Assembly (NCBI GenBank): GCA_902587315.1
Contig: CACIKW010000001.1
Location: 29,844 to 93,843 of the forward strand
DNA: 64,000 nt
Direction: 5' to 3'
Origin: an uncultured Pelagibacteraceae bacterium
GTDB taxonomy: Bacteria > Pseudomonadota > Alphaproteobacteria > Pelagibacterales > Pelagibacteraceae
Below are positions 9,265 to 18,265 of the stretch, piece by piece; positions within the stretch are counted from its first letter, which is position 1, and every line of letters starts with the position of its first letter. A model generated the notes under the pieces. That model was not told where the DNA came from and made no database searches. It was given only the letters and a program-made list of their open reading frames with translations. Made by a program: the position numbers and the translations under genes.

Positions 9265-11103
9265 TTAGTGTTGTTTTCCAAGAATAGTTCTACCACTTGG
9301 TACACGAACATCGTCCACCATTCTTTGAGTAGCACTATCTGGCGCTTTAGTCATTAAGCTTACTACAACCATAACTACTAAACATACAGAAGCTCCGATT
9401 ATACCAAATCTTAAATGGTCAATACCTAACCATGCAGGGTTACCCATAAACTTAGGATATACATAGATTAGATAAGCGGTTCCTGATCCTAGTCCTGCAA
9501 TCATTCCTGCAATTGCACCTTCTCTAGTTGCTCTCTTCCACCATACTCCAAGTATTAATGGAAAGAATAGCCCAGACATTGCAAAGTCAAATGCCCAAGC
9601 AACCGCACCAAGGATACTAGTGATCCTCATAGATGCAATGTAAGCTGCTGCAGCACCAATTACTATTAATAGTGATCTTGCAACTAACAATCTTTTTCTA
9701 ACATCAGCTTTTGGATCAATGATTTTGTAGTAAATATCATGTGATAAAGCATTTGCGATCGCTAGAATTAAACCGTCAGCAGTACTCATTGCAGCCGCCA
9801 TTCCTCCAGCAGCAACTAGTCCAGAAATAACATATGGTAGTCCAGCAACTTCAGGAGTTGATAAAACTACAACGTCACCTCTCATAAACCACTCATTTAA
9901 TTGAAGAACACCATCTCCGTTAAAGTCAGCAATGAACGCTTGTTTTTGCGCAGTCCATGCAGAAACCCAATCAATTGCCATAACAGCAGATATGTCTTTT
10001 CCAATAATACCAGTCGGTAAATTTGGATCCATTAATGACAATTTAGACAAAGTAGCTAACATAGGTGCAGAAGTATAAAGTATTGCAATAAAGAACAATG
10101 ACCATGCCACTGATTTTCTTGCAGCTTTAATACTAGGTGTTGTGAAATATCTCATTAGGATATGTGGTAAAGAAGCAGTTCCTACCATCATACATAGTGC
10201 TAATGAAATAAATTTCCAAGCAGCCATTCCACCTTCAGGCACACCTGCGTGTGGCACCGAAATAGATTTTAATCCACCTGGAACACCTGCAGCTTTAATA
10301 TCTGCCGCAGCGTTTTTAACTAAACCAAATTGACTTTCTAGTTCACCTAATCTTGCAACTTCTTCTCCCAACATTAAATGTGGGATAAAACCAAAGCCAC
10401 CCTTGTTACTTATCCAGAAAATTGGAATTAAGTATGCGATGATCAATACGATGTACTGAGCAACTTGCGTCCAAGTAACTGCTCTCATACCACCTAACAT
10501 TGAACAAAGTAATATACTTACTAACCCAACCCAGACTCCTAACTCGAATGGAATACTAAGCGCTCTAGCAGCAATAGTTCCTGTTGCGTTAATTTGAGCT
10601 GTCACATATGTGAAAGAAGCCAAAGATAAAACTACTACAGCACAGAACCTTGAAAAGTTTCCGCCATATCTAGTTCCAATGAAATCTGGCACAGTGTAAC
10701 ATCCAAACTTTCTTAAATATGGTGCTAGTAGTGATGCTACTAATACGTAACCCCCAGTCCATCCGACCAAGAATGCCATATAAGTGTAACCACCAAAGTA
10801 AATTCCACCTGCCATTGCAACGAATGACGCACCTGACATCCAGTCAGCTGCAGTAGCCATTCCATTGAAAACCGTTGGAACTTGTCTTCCAGCAACATAA
10901 TACGCATCGACTTGTACAGTTCTAGATAAATACCCAATTACAGCATATATACAAACCGTAAAAGCCACAAACAAAATACCTATTGTCTTTGCGGTCATGC
11001 CAGCTGACTCTGCAATAGCCATCAAAATGATGAATACAAGAAATCCTCCAGTGTATGTTCCGTAAATTTTAGGTAAATTGTCTACAAATTTTCCTTTAAA
11101 CAT
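9265..11103 (-). CDS. actP: sodium:solute symporter, ActP-like (acetate/monocarboxylate)
   Basis: YYVAGR, NGMATAADWMSGASF, TVPDF.G.RY, GTASLPHILMRYFT; next to a DUF4212 gene and acs. Confidence 0.85.
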   Translation of the reverse strand: MFKGKFVDNLPKIYGTYTGGFLVFIILMAIAESAGMTAKTIGILFVAFTVCIYAVIGYLSRTVQVDAYYVAGRQVPTVFNGMATAADWMSGASFVAMAGGIYFGGYTYMAFLVGWTGGYVLVASLLAPYLRKFGCYTVPDFIGTRYGGNFSRFCAVVVLSLASFTYVTAQINATGTIAARALSIPFELGVWVGLVSILLCSMLGGMRAVTWTQVAQYIVLIIAYLIPIFWISNKGGFGFIPHLMLGEEVARLGELESQFGLVKNAAADIKAAGVPGGLKSISVPHAGVPEGGMAAWKFISLALCMMVGTASLPHILMRYFTTPSIKAARKSVAWSLFFIAILYTSAPMLATLSKLSLMDPNLPTGIIGKDISAVMAIDWVSAWTAQKQAFIADFNGDGVLQLNEWFMRGDVVVLSTPEVAGLPYVISGLVAAGGMAAAMSTADGLILAIANALSHDIYYKIIDPKADVRKRLLVARSLLIVIGAAAAYIASMRITSILGAVAWAFDFAMSGLFFPLILGVWWKRATREGAIAGMIAGLGSGTAYLIYVYPKFMGNPAWLGIDHLRFGIIGASVCLVVMVVVSLMTKAPDSATQRMVDDVRVPSGRTILGKQH

Positions 11104-11363
11104 TAATCGTCCTCCCCTCGTTCAGTGAAGCCAAATTCTTCGTCAATCTGCTCTTGCTTATTAGCAAACCAAAAAATCAATACAACGAAAGCAATAATAG
11201 AACCTTGTGCACACATATAGTATGCTAATGGGTATCCAAGAAAGCTCGATGTATTTAGGCTTGATCCAAACATGAAGATTAAATAACCGAAAATAAACCA
11301 AATAATTAATGTAAGAATCATTAATCCCTTAGTTTTTTCCCAGTGTTTTTCTTTGTTTGACAT
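11103..11363 (-). CDS. DUF4212 family symporter small subunit
   Basis: HW......L.IWF, FLGYPLAYYMCAQGSI, IDEEFG; stop overlaps the symporter start; strong SD (GGAGG) upstream. Confidence 0.85.
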   Translation of the reverse strand: MSNKEKHWEKTKGLMILTLIIWFIFGYLIFMFGSSLNTSSFLGYPLAYYMCAQGSIIAFVVLIFWFANKQEQIDEEFGFTERGEDD

Positions 11364-11460
11364 TTATTTTCCTCCCTATAGGTTAAAAAATAAGAAACAT
11401 ACCCAATTGAAATTGGATTGAAAGAATTAAAATTCTTAAATTATGGGGAAAAATTGAAAT

Positions 11461-12087
11461 ATGGGAATAAAATACAAGCTGAAGTTGAAAGATTTAAAAC
11501 TGAAATATTTGTTAGAATATTTTTCACCGATATTAAAATATCTAAAACCAAAAAGAAAAATTAATAATTATCAAGATCTTGAAGAGTTTATACAAAAAAA
11601 ATCTGCATGGGTGAGTCAGGTGACATTGTATGGGTATTTAAAAACTCGCATGGGAGCAAAGTATGTTTTAATGTTTGAAGATGAAATATTTTTAGAATCA
11701 ATAAATAAAGCCAAATGGAACATCTATGTTGTGGCACTGCAAGATTTAAGTTTTTATACAATTTCATATTTAAAAGATATTAAAAATCTTCATGATACAG
11801 ATAAATCTAAAGAAATTTTTTTTAAAATTTTAGATAAAGAAAAACAAAATGAAATTCCAAACGATATTTTTGAAAAAGCAAAAAAAAAATTTGAAGAAAG
11901 ATATAAAGAAATAGATTGGATTAAATATCACGACTCTTTACCGTTTAATACTAGTGCACTGGCTTTATACGAATGGTCTCCGATTGCAGAAGAATTAAAA
12001 ACACTTGATAAAAAAATTGTACTAAATTCTATGATACTTAAATGGGATAATATAAAAACAGAATTTAATGAATTAATTAATTTTTAA
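11461..12087 (+). CDS. conserved hypothetical protein
   Basis: 208-aa ORF with a non-random motif-like segment [18 protein letters not shown]; function not recognised. Confidence 0.6.
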   Translation: MGIKYKLKLKDLKLKYLLEYFSPILKYLKPKRKINNYQDLEEFIQKKSAWVSQVTLYGYLKTRMGAKYVLMFEDEIFLESINKAKWNIYVVALQDLSFYTISYLKDIKNLHDTDKSKEIFFKILDKEKQNEIPNDIFEKAKKKFEERYKEIDWIKYHDSLPFNTSALALYEWSPIAEELKTLDKKIVLNSMILKWDNIKTEFNELINF

Positions 12088-14123
12088 GTATTTTTTCTAT
12101 TATCTACTAAATTTTTTACCACACTTGGATCTGCAAGAGTTGTTGTATCTCCAAGTTGATCGTGCTCGTTAGCTGCAATTTTTCTTAAAATTCTTCTCAT
12201 TATTTTTCCAGACCTTGTTTTTGGTAGTCCTGGAGAAAATTGAATTAAATCAGGTGTTGCTATTGGTCCTATTTGCTTTCTAACCCAAAGTTTTAATTCC
12301 CTTTCCAGATCGCCATCATGATTTTCTCCGGCATTTAGTGTAACATAACAATACAAGCCATTACCTTTAATGTCATGTGGGTATCCGACAACTGCAGCCT
12401 CAGCTACCTTTGGGTGAGCAACAAATGCACTTTCAATCTCCGCTGTTCCAAGATTATGTCCTGAAACAATTATTACATCATCAACTCTTCCAGTTATCCA
12501 ATAATATCCATCTTTATCTCTTCTACATCCATCTCCTGTAAAATATTTTCCACTAAATTGAGAAAAATAAGTATCTATGAACCTTTGATGGTTTCCGTAT
12601 ACTGTTCTCATTTGGCCTGGCCATGATTGGGCTATGCAAAGTCTTCCTTTTGCTACTCCCTTTAAATTGTTACCATCTTGATCAACTATTACAGGTTTTA
12701 TTCCGTAGAAAGGCTTTGTTGCTGATCCTGGCTTAAGATCTATAGCCCCTGTTTGAGGACTTATTAAAATTCCGCCAGTTTCTGTTTGCCACCATGTATC
12801 GACAATTGGACATTTAGAATCTCCAACTATTTTATAATACCACTGCCAAGCTTCTGGATTAATTGGTTCACCTACAGTTCCCAATAATTTTAAAGATTTT
12901 CTCGATGTTTTCTTAACAGGCTCGTCACCCTCTCTCATCAAGGCTCTGATTGCGGTTGGTGCAGTATAAAAAATATTAACTTTATATTTATCAACAATTT
13001 GCCACCATCTAGATGTATCAGGATAGGTTGGTATTCCTTCAAACATAATTGTAGTAGCACCATTTGAAAGTGGTCCGTAGATTATATAGCTATGCCCAGT
13101 TATCCATCCAATATCAGCAGTACACCAATAAATTTCTTTGGGTTTATAATTAAATATATATTGGTGTGTCATAGATGCGTAAACCATATATCCGCCAGTT
13201 GTGTGCAATACACCTTTTGGTTTACCAGTTGATCCAGATGTATAAAGTATGAATAAAGGATCTTCAGCATTCATTTCTTCAGGCTTACAATCATTTGAAG
13301 CATTTTTTGTTATTTCGTGATACCAAACATCTCTTTCTTCATCCCAATTAATTCTATTTCCTGTTCTTTTAACAACTATACATTTTTTTACATTTGGACA
13401 GTTTACTAAAGCTTCATCTGTGATTGATTTTAATGGAATAATTTTACCGCCTCTTACTCCTTCATCAGCAGTTACTATATAGTCCGATTTACAATCATTA
13501 ATTCTTCCAGCAATACTATCTGGTGAAAATCCTCCAAATATAATTGAATGAATAGCACCAATTCTTGCGCAGGCTAGCATTGTATATGCAAGTTCAGGTA
13601 TCATTGTTAAATAAATTGTTACTCGATCACCTTTTTTAATTCCTAATGATTTTAGACCGTTGGCAGTTTTTGAAACTTCTTGATGTAGGTGTTTGTATGA
13701 TATTTTTTTTTGTATCTTTGGATCATCACCAACCCATATAATTGCAGTTTTGTTTTTATATTTTTTTAGATGTCTATCAATACAGTTTTCAGAAGCATTT
13801 AGTGTTCCATCATAATACCATTTAATGTGAACATCTGTTTTACTATATTTAACATCTTTTATTTTTGTATAGGGTTTTATCCAATTAATTCTCTTTCCTT
13901 CTTTTTTCCAAAATCCGTCATTGTCTTTTATCGATTGATTATATTTTTTTTCATATTCTTTTTTGTTTACCAATGATTGACGAATCCATTCTTTTTTTGT
14001 TTTATAAATAAGCTCATCATTTAAATGGCTGTTCTTTTTTTTTGAAATTTTAATTTTTCTTCTAATTTTTTTCTTAAATTTTCTATTTTTTATTTTCTTA
14101 GATTTTTTCTTTTTTTTAGACAT
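12084..14123 (-). CDS. acs: acetyl-CoA synthetase (AMP-forming)
   Basis: [32 protein letters not shown]; carries a Lys-rich N-terminal extension. Confidence 0.97.
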   Translation of the reverse strand: MSKKKKKSKKIKNRKFKKKIRRKIKISKKKNSHLNDELIYKTKKEWIRQSLVNKKEYEKKYNQSIKDNDGFWKKEGKRINWIKPYTKIKDVKYSKTDVHIKWYYDGTLNASENCIDRHLKKYKNKTAIIWVGDDPKIQKKISYKHLHQEVSKTANGLKSLGIKKGDRVTIYLTMIPELAYTMLACARIGAIHSIIFGGFSPDSIAGRINDCKSDYIVTADEGVRGGKIIPLKSITDEALVNCPNVKKCIVVKRTGNRINWDEERDVWYHEITKNASNDCKPEEMNAEDPLFILYTSGSTGKPKGVLHTTGGYMVYASMTHQYIFNYKPKEIYWCTADIGWITGHSYIIYGPLSNGATTIMFEGIPTYPDTSRWWQIVDKYKVNIFYTAPTAIRALMREGDEPVKKTSRKSLKLLGTVGEPINPEAWQWYYKIVGDSKCPIVDTWWQTETGGILISPQTGAIDLKPGSATKPFYGIKPVIVDQDGNNLKGVAKGRLCIAQSWPGQMRTVYGNHQRFIDTYFSQFSGKYFTGDGCRRDKDGYYWITGRVDDVIIVSGHNLGTAEIESAFVAHPKVAEAAVVGYPHDIKGNGLYCYVTLNAGENHDGDLERELKLWVRKQIGPIATPDLIQFSPGLPKTRSGKIMRRILRKIAANEHDQLGDTTTLADPSVVKNLVDNRKNT

Positions 14124-14548
14124 TATTTTTTTACGCTAATAATACCCATCTTCAAAATAATTTTCCAGCACTTACTATCTATAGGTATAACCGACAGTCT
14201 ACTTTGCCTTAAAAGCTGCAAATTCTTAAGTTTTTTATTCTTTTTGATACTTTTAAGACTAACTGGATATTTCAATTTCTTTTTAAATTTTACTCTGACA
14301 GCAAAAAATTTATTTGATTTATCCGTTGGATCTAAAAATGCTTTTTTAGTTACTTCTACTAGACCAACAATTTCTTTTCCAATATTTGAGTGATAAAAAA
14401 AACACAAATCTCCAATTTCCATTTTTTTTAAATTATTTGCTGCTTGGTAATTTCTTACACCATCCCAGTTTGATCCTTTCATACCACTTTTTTTTTGCTG
14501 ATCAATTGACCAAATATTAGGCTCTGATTTAAGTAACCAGTACTTCAT
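14123..14548 (-). CDS. EVE domain protein
   Basis: [33 protein letters not shown]. Confidence 0.93.
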   Translation of the reverse strand: MKYWLLKSEPNIWSIDQQKKSGMKGSNWDGVRNYQAANNLKKMEIGDLCFFYHSNIGKEIVGLVEVTKKAFLDPTDKSNKFFAVRVKFKKKLKYPVSLKSIKKNKKLKNLQLLRQSRLSVIPIDSKCWKIILKMGIISVKK

Positions 14549-14554
14549 CTAATT
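14534..14554. repeat. direct repeat A, copy 1 (contains the EVE start codon)
   Basis: TAACCAGTACTTCATCTAATT, identical to 15979-15999. Confidence 0.9.
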
Positions 14555-14597
14555 GTTTTCCTTACAGGCCACCATAATAATTTTTGACACTTTCATT

Positions 14598-14675
14598 TTA
14601 CGCCATTTTATTAAAACACGTGATATGCAACGTGCTATACATTTCCAGAACCACGATCCCTAAAAGTTTTTTCAT
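14598..14675 (-). pseudogene. truncated gene remnant: signal-peptide start MKKLLGIVVL followed by unrelated sequence
   Basis: ATG overlaps the hydrolase stop (ATGA). 14645-14677 is 32/33 identical to 15787-15819. The ORF reads MKKLLGIVVLEMYSTLHITCFNKMA*. Confidence 0.65.
14619..14640. repeat. direct repeat B, copy 1
   Basis: CGTGATATGCAACGTGCTATAC, 20/22 identical to 15848-15869. Confidence 0.85.
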
Positions 14676-15817
14676 TTACCTTTTTTAATTGCTGAATGAA
14701 CAATTTTTTTCCAATTATAGTTTTTGTAAAGTGAATTGACGACAATTATTCTTTTGTTATCCAAATCAATCAAAATTTGCTGACCTGCAAATCCACTCAA
14801 TCCTATAATTTTTCTTGTTTTTTTTAGTCCAAAAATATCAAAATGGAATTGGCCCCCATAACTTTTTGTATAAAGACCTACATCATCTGCTTCTTTTGTA
14901 TTATCTTTCTTTTTAACTCTATTTTCGTAAATAGTTTTTAAATATTTCCCGGCACAAGTATCATTATGCCAGTCATCCATCATTGTTTTTGCAATTCTTA
15001 AAAAATCATATCTGTTTGCATAAAAGGAGTATCTTGCTGAAACAAAATCTGATTTTAAATACTTTTTTGATCTTTGAAGATAAACACTATTTTTGACTCC
15101 AACATGTTCATTATAAACTTTGTTTAATAATTTTTCCCAATCATTCCCTGTTTTGTATTTAACGTAGTTCAGTATAACGTTGGTTGTTAAAGCACTATAA
15201 TTATAAATTAATTTACTTTTTTCTGTGCCTTTCAAATATTCATTCATTACTTTCATTAAACCAATGACATTTACATTTTCATTCTTGGGGCCTTTAATTC
15301 TATTATCTGAACCAACATTTCTTCTTTCACCAACCCATTTCTGGTCCCCTGCTTTCATATTTAAAAGATCAAGCAATATAGAATTTTCATATAGAGTGTT
15401 TTTGATTAATGGCCAGTCATCTAACTTTACATTTACGTTATCAATATAACCTTCACAAATAGCATGTCCTGTAACATACGATACTAAGCTTTTACCCATT
15501 GAATGAGATGGTAACGAACCATCGATAATATCGTCTCCTTGAACTGAAGTTGGTATATCTGACTCGTCGATGACAATTTTATCATCTTCGAATAATAAAT
15601 AACTAATTATCCCTGTTTCTTTATTATTTTTAAATTCTTTTAAAACGTTTTTGTCTTGTCTTAAGTTTGATTTAAACTTGTAATGATTTTCTGACCCTTT
15701 AATTTCCCAACCTTTATAAGCTAAAAGTGGATAATCCCAGGTATTTTTATTTTTTTTTGCAAAAGTTATATTGCAAACCAACAAACCCAGAACCACGATT
15801 CCTAAAAGTTTTTTCAT
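14672..15817 (-). CDS. secreted serine hydrolase, beta-lactamase class C/NylB-like family
   Basis: Signal peptide MKKLLGIVVLGLLVCNITFA (start 15817), SxxK (HSMGKS), LLNMKAG, YNYS, GLSGFAGQQILID. Confidence 0.85.
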   Translation of the reverse strand: MKKLLGIVVLGLLVCNITFAKKNKNTWDYPLLAYKGWEIKGSENHYKFKSNLRQDKNVLKEFKNNKETGIISYLLFEDDKIVIDESDIPTSVQGDDIIDGSLPSHSMGKSLVSYVTGHAICEGYIDNVNVKLDDWPLIKNTLYENSILLDLLNMKAGDQKWVGERRNVGSDNRIKGPKNENVNVIGLMKVMNEYLKGTEKSKLIYNYSALTTNVILNYVKYKTGNDWEKLLNKVYNEHVGVKNSVYLQRSKKYLKSDFVSARYSFYANRYDFLRIAKTMMDDWHNDTCAGKYLKTIYENRVKKKDNTKEADDVGLYTKSYGGQFHFDIFGLKKTRKIIGLSGFAGQQILIDLDNKRIIVVNSLYKNYNWKKIVHSAIKKGK

Positions 15818-15847
15818 TTGTAAATAATTTAGCACAATTTAGAAAGC

Positions 15848-15869
15848 CGTGCTATGCAACGTGATATAC
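15848..15869. repeat. direct repeat B, copy 2
   Basis: CGTGCTATGCAACGTGATATAC. Confidence 0.85.
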
Positions 15870-15978
15870 CTTTGCTGATTATAATTAGCTTTAATCAACA
15901 TTTTTAATTGTAAAGATAAGGTAAAGGTTAGTGGGAGTCGGTAGAGTCTTATTGATGTATCGCAAGTGTTGGTTTCAT

Positions 15979-15999
15979 TAACCAGTACTTCATCTAATT
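15979..15999. repeat. direct repeat A, copy 2 (orphan EVE 5' end)
   Basis: Identical 21-mer. Minus strand reads MKYWLMKPTLAIHQ* (15993-15949), versus [13 protein letters not shown]. Confidence 0.9.
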
Positions 16000-17503
16000 A
16001 TTTTATTGTTAAAACTCCAATTGAAGCGCTAGTATCAAAAAACAAGAAAATTTTATTTAAATTTGGAATATATTTCATATCTCTAATTCTTTCATTAATT
16101 TTTAAAACTTCGTGTTCTATAACTTTAAAATTGTTGTCTGTTTTTATGTAATGTAATGATAAGTCACCTTCTTCAATAAGACTTCCCATGCTTCCTACTA
16201 ATAAATTGTTAAATTCGTCATCTTCTGAATTATTTTCTAATTTTATAATTTCAGAAATTCCTATTGAAGGATAGAAATATTTTAAAGGTTCAACAAATCC
16301 ATATTTGCTATGGCTTTTATGCAATGGAAACAATTTACTAAGCTGATGATCATATACATTATATTTGTGGTCTCCATATGAAGAAATTGGCCAACCATAG
16401 TTTTCTATTTTATCACCACCAGGGTTTATATTGTGATTTACTTCATCACCTCCATCAGGTCCATGTTCTGTAGAAAATATAACATCATTTTTTTCATCAT
16501 AAAAAAGTCCTTGTGGGTTACGATGACCCATCGATATTATTTCAGGATTTTTTCCATCAATATCTAGAGAAATTATTTTTCCAAAAAAATTATCTTTTTC
16601 CTGCGCCACATTGTATGCACGATATTCTCCAATAGAGAACAATATTTTATTTTCCTTATATTTGACAATTCTTCCTCCTGACTGAGCAGCTAGAAAATCT
16701 TTATATCTTTCATCTTTGTATTTGAGCTGTTTATTGTTTTTTATGCAATTTTTTTGTGTAAAAAATTCATTAAATTTTAAATTTTCATAATTTAAATCAG
16801 CAACCATTATTGCTGTATTATAACAATTAACTCTCCATTGATTTGAATTTGTATCATCTTTTTGTTTATTGTATGAAATATAAATTTTATTATTTAAAAT
16901 AAATAAATCTTTAATCCCATAACTGTCATTTTTATTCTTAATATAGAATCTGTCGTATTTTATTTTTTCTCTAATGTTAGTTTTAATTACTTTAGCTTTA
17001 AATGAGTCTTTACTAAATTTATCAATGTCTACATAAAAAAACATTCCATTAGCAGATGCTAAAATAAGTTTATTATTATTATATTCAATATATGCGGTAC
17101 CTTTACCAAGATATTTTGGGACTAAAATTGCACTTGTTTCAAATTTTTCAAGAGTGAGTTTTTTTTTGCTAATTTGAAATTTTTTTATATCACTCTTTTT
17201 TTTTATTTTCATGTAACCATAATTTTCTATTAGATTTATTATTGCTTTTTCCTTAACCGAGATTAAAAATTCTTGTCTTGCATGATTATTTTTAAGATCC
17301 TCTTTTAATGTTTTTAAATTATTTTCTAAAGAGTTTTGATAATTAACAAAAAATATATATTTCTTTGCAAAATTTCTTATTTCTTGAGGAAATAATTGTT
17401 TAAAACTTCTTAAAGATTTATATTTACCAACTGAACTACTTAAAATAAAATATCCACCTAAAAAAATAATTGCTATAGTAATTAATATAATTTTTTTTTT
17501 CAT
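15998..17503 (-). CDS. PQQ-dependent sugar (glucose/sorbosone) dehydrogenase family, membrane-anchored
   Basis: GGRI, GHRNPQGL, EHGPDGGDEVN, NYGWP, ERIRD motifs; N-terminal TM. Confidence 0.85.
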   Translation of the reverse strand: MKKKIILITIAIIFLGGYFILSSSVGKYKSLRSFKQLFPQEIRNFAKKYIFFVNYQNSLENNLKTLKEDLKNNHARQEFLISVKEKAIINLIENYGYMKIKKKSDIKKFQISKKKLTLEKFETSAILVPKYLGKGTAYIEYNNNKLILASANGMFFYVDIDKFSKDSFKAKVIKTNIREKIKYDRFYIKNKNDSYGIKDLFILNNKIYISYNKQKDDTNSNQWRVNCYNTAIMVADLNYENLKFNEFFTQKNCIKNNKQLKYKDERYKDFLAAQSGGRIVKYKENKILFSIGEYRAYNVAQEKDNFFGKIISLDIDGKNPEIISMGHRNPQGLFYDEKNDVIFSTEHGPDGGDEVNHNINPGGDKIENYGWPISSYGDHKYNVYDHQLSKLFPLHKSHSKYGFVEPLKYFYPSIGISEIIKLENNSEDDEFNNLLVGSMGSLIEEGDLSLHYIKTDNNFKVIEHEVLKINERIRDMKYIPNLNKIFLFFDTSASIGVLTIK

Positions 17504-18258
17504 TATCTCTTATTAAATTTATTAAATAAAAAATCTAAAATCACTATATTTTTAGGAATTAATCTCCAAATTATTTTTTTTAAAAAGGTTTTATTATTAT
17601 AATTAACAAAAATTTTATGTAAATAATAATGTAATTTGTCATTTAAGAAAAAATTGGATTTTATCAAATTTTCATTAAAATTTTTTTTGTTTAAGTAAAA
17701 ACAATTACCATTAAAAAATATCAAATAATAATTTCTTTTAAACTCATTATGTATAGATGAAAAGCTATTGAGATTATTATCTATAGAATGTTCAGATAAA
17801 ATTCCATAATCTTGCCTACCTGCTTCAATTATAATTAATTTTGGAGAATATAATTTAATGCTTCTAAAAACATCTAAATCGTAACTATCAATATCAATTG
17901 ATAAAATATCAAAATTTATTTCTAAATTATTTTTTTTTAATATTTTGTCTAAAGTAAATTCACTATTCTTATCAAAATCAACGTAAGCATTTATGGGAAT
18001 TATTTCCTTGTGTTTTTTGGAGAGTTCTACCAAAAGTTTAAAATGTTTTTTTTCCGCTTCAATATATATGGCAGTTTTAACTAATTTATTAACAATTAAA
18101 TTATATGTATTTGAAAAATATTTTCCATCATGTGCTCCAAACTCAACTACGTTTAAATCTTTTTTTTTAGGAAAAATTCTATTTATAATTTCTAAAATTA
18201 TACCATCCTCTCCATTTTGACTAAATATATTTTTTTTAAACAAATGTAAATTTTTCAT
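17503..18258 (-). CDS. FkbM-like SAM-dependent methyltransferase
   Basis: FSQNGEDGII, VEFGAHDG...SNT, DILSIDIDSYD, PKLIIIE. Confidence 0.75.
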   Translation of the reverse strand: MKNLHLFKKNIFSQNGEDGIILEIINRIFPKKKDLNVVEFGAHDGKYFSNTYNLIVNKLVKTAIYIEAEKKHFKLLVELSKKHKEIIPINAYVDFDKNSEFTLDKILKKNNLEINFDILSIDIDSYDLDVFRSIKLYSPKLIIIEAGRQDYGILSEHSIDNNLNSFSSIHNEFKRNYYLIFFNGNCFYLNKKNFNENLIKSNFFLNDKLHYYLHKIFVNYNNKTFLKKIIWRLIPKNIVILDFLFNKFNKR

Positions 18259-18265
18259 TAATAAT

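Noticed and set aside
14607-14634. Motif B read as a Xer dif/pdif site (GCATA ... TAAA on the minus strand)
   Set aside because: Only a weak match to the XerC and XerD arms, and the second copy does not keep the 11-6-11 spacing.
14672-15817. Antibiotic-resistance beta-lactamase
   Set aside because: The SxxK fold is shared with esterases and amidases. It has GxxGQ rather than a KTG triad, so resistance is unsupported.
14534-15999. CRISPR array or IS element explanation for the repeats
   Set aside because: Only two copies of each repeat, no regular spacers, no cas genes, no transposase and no terminal inverted repeats.
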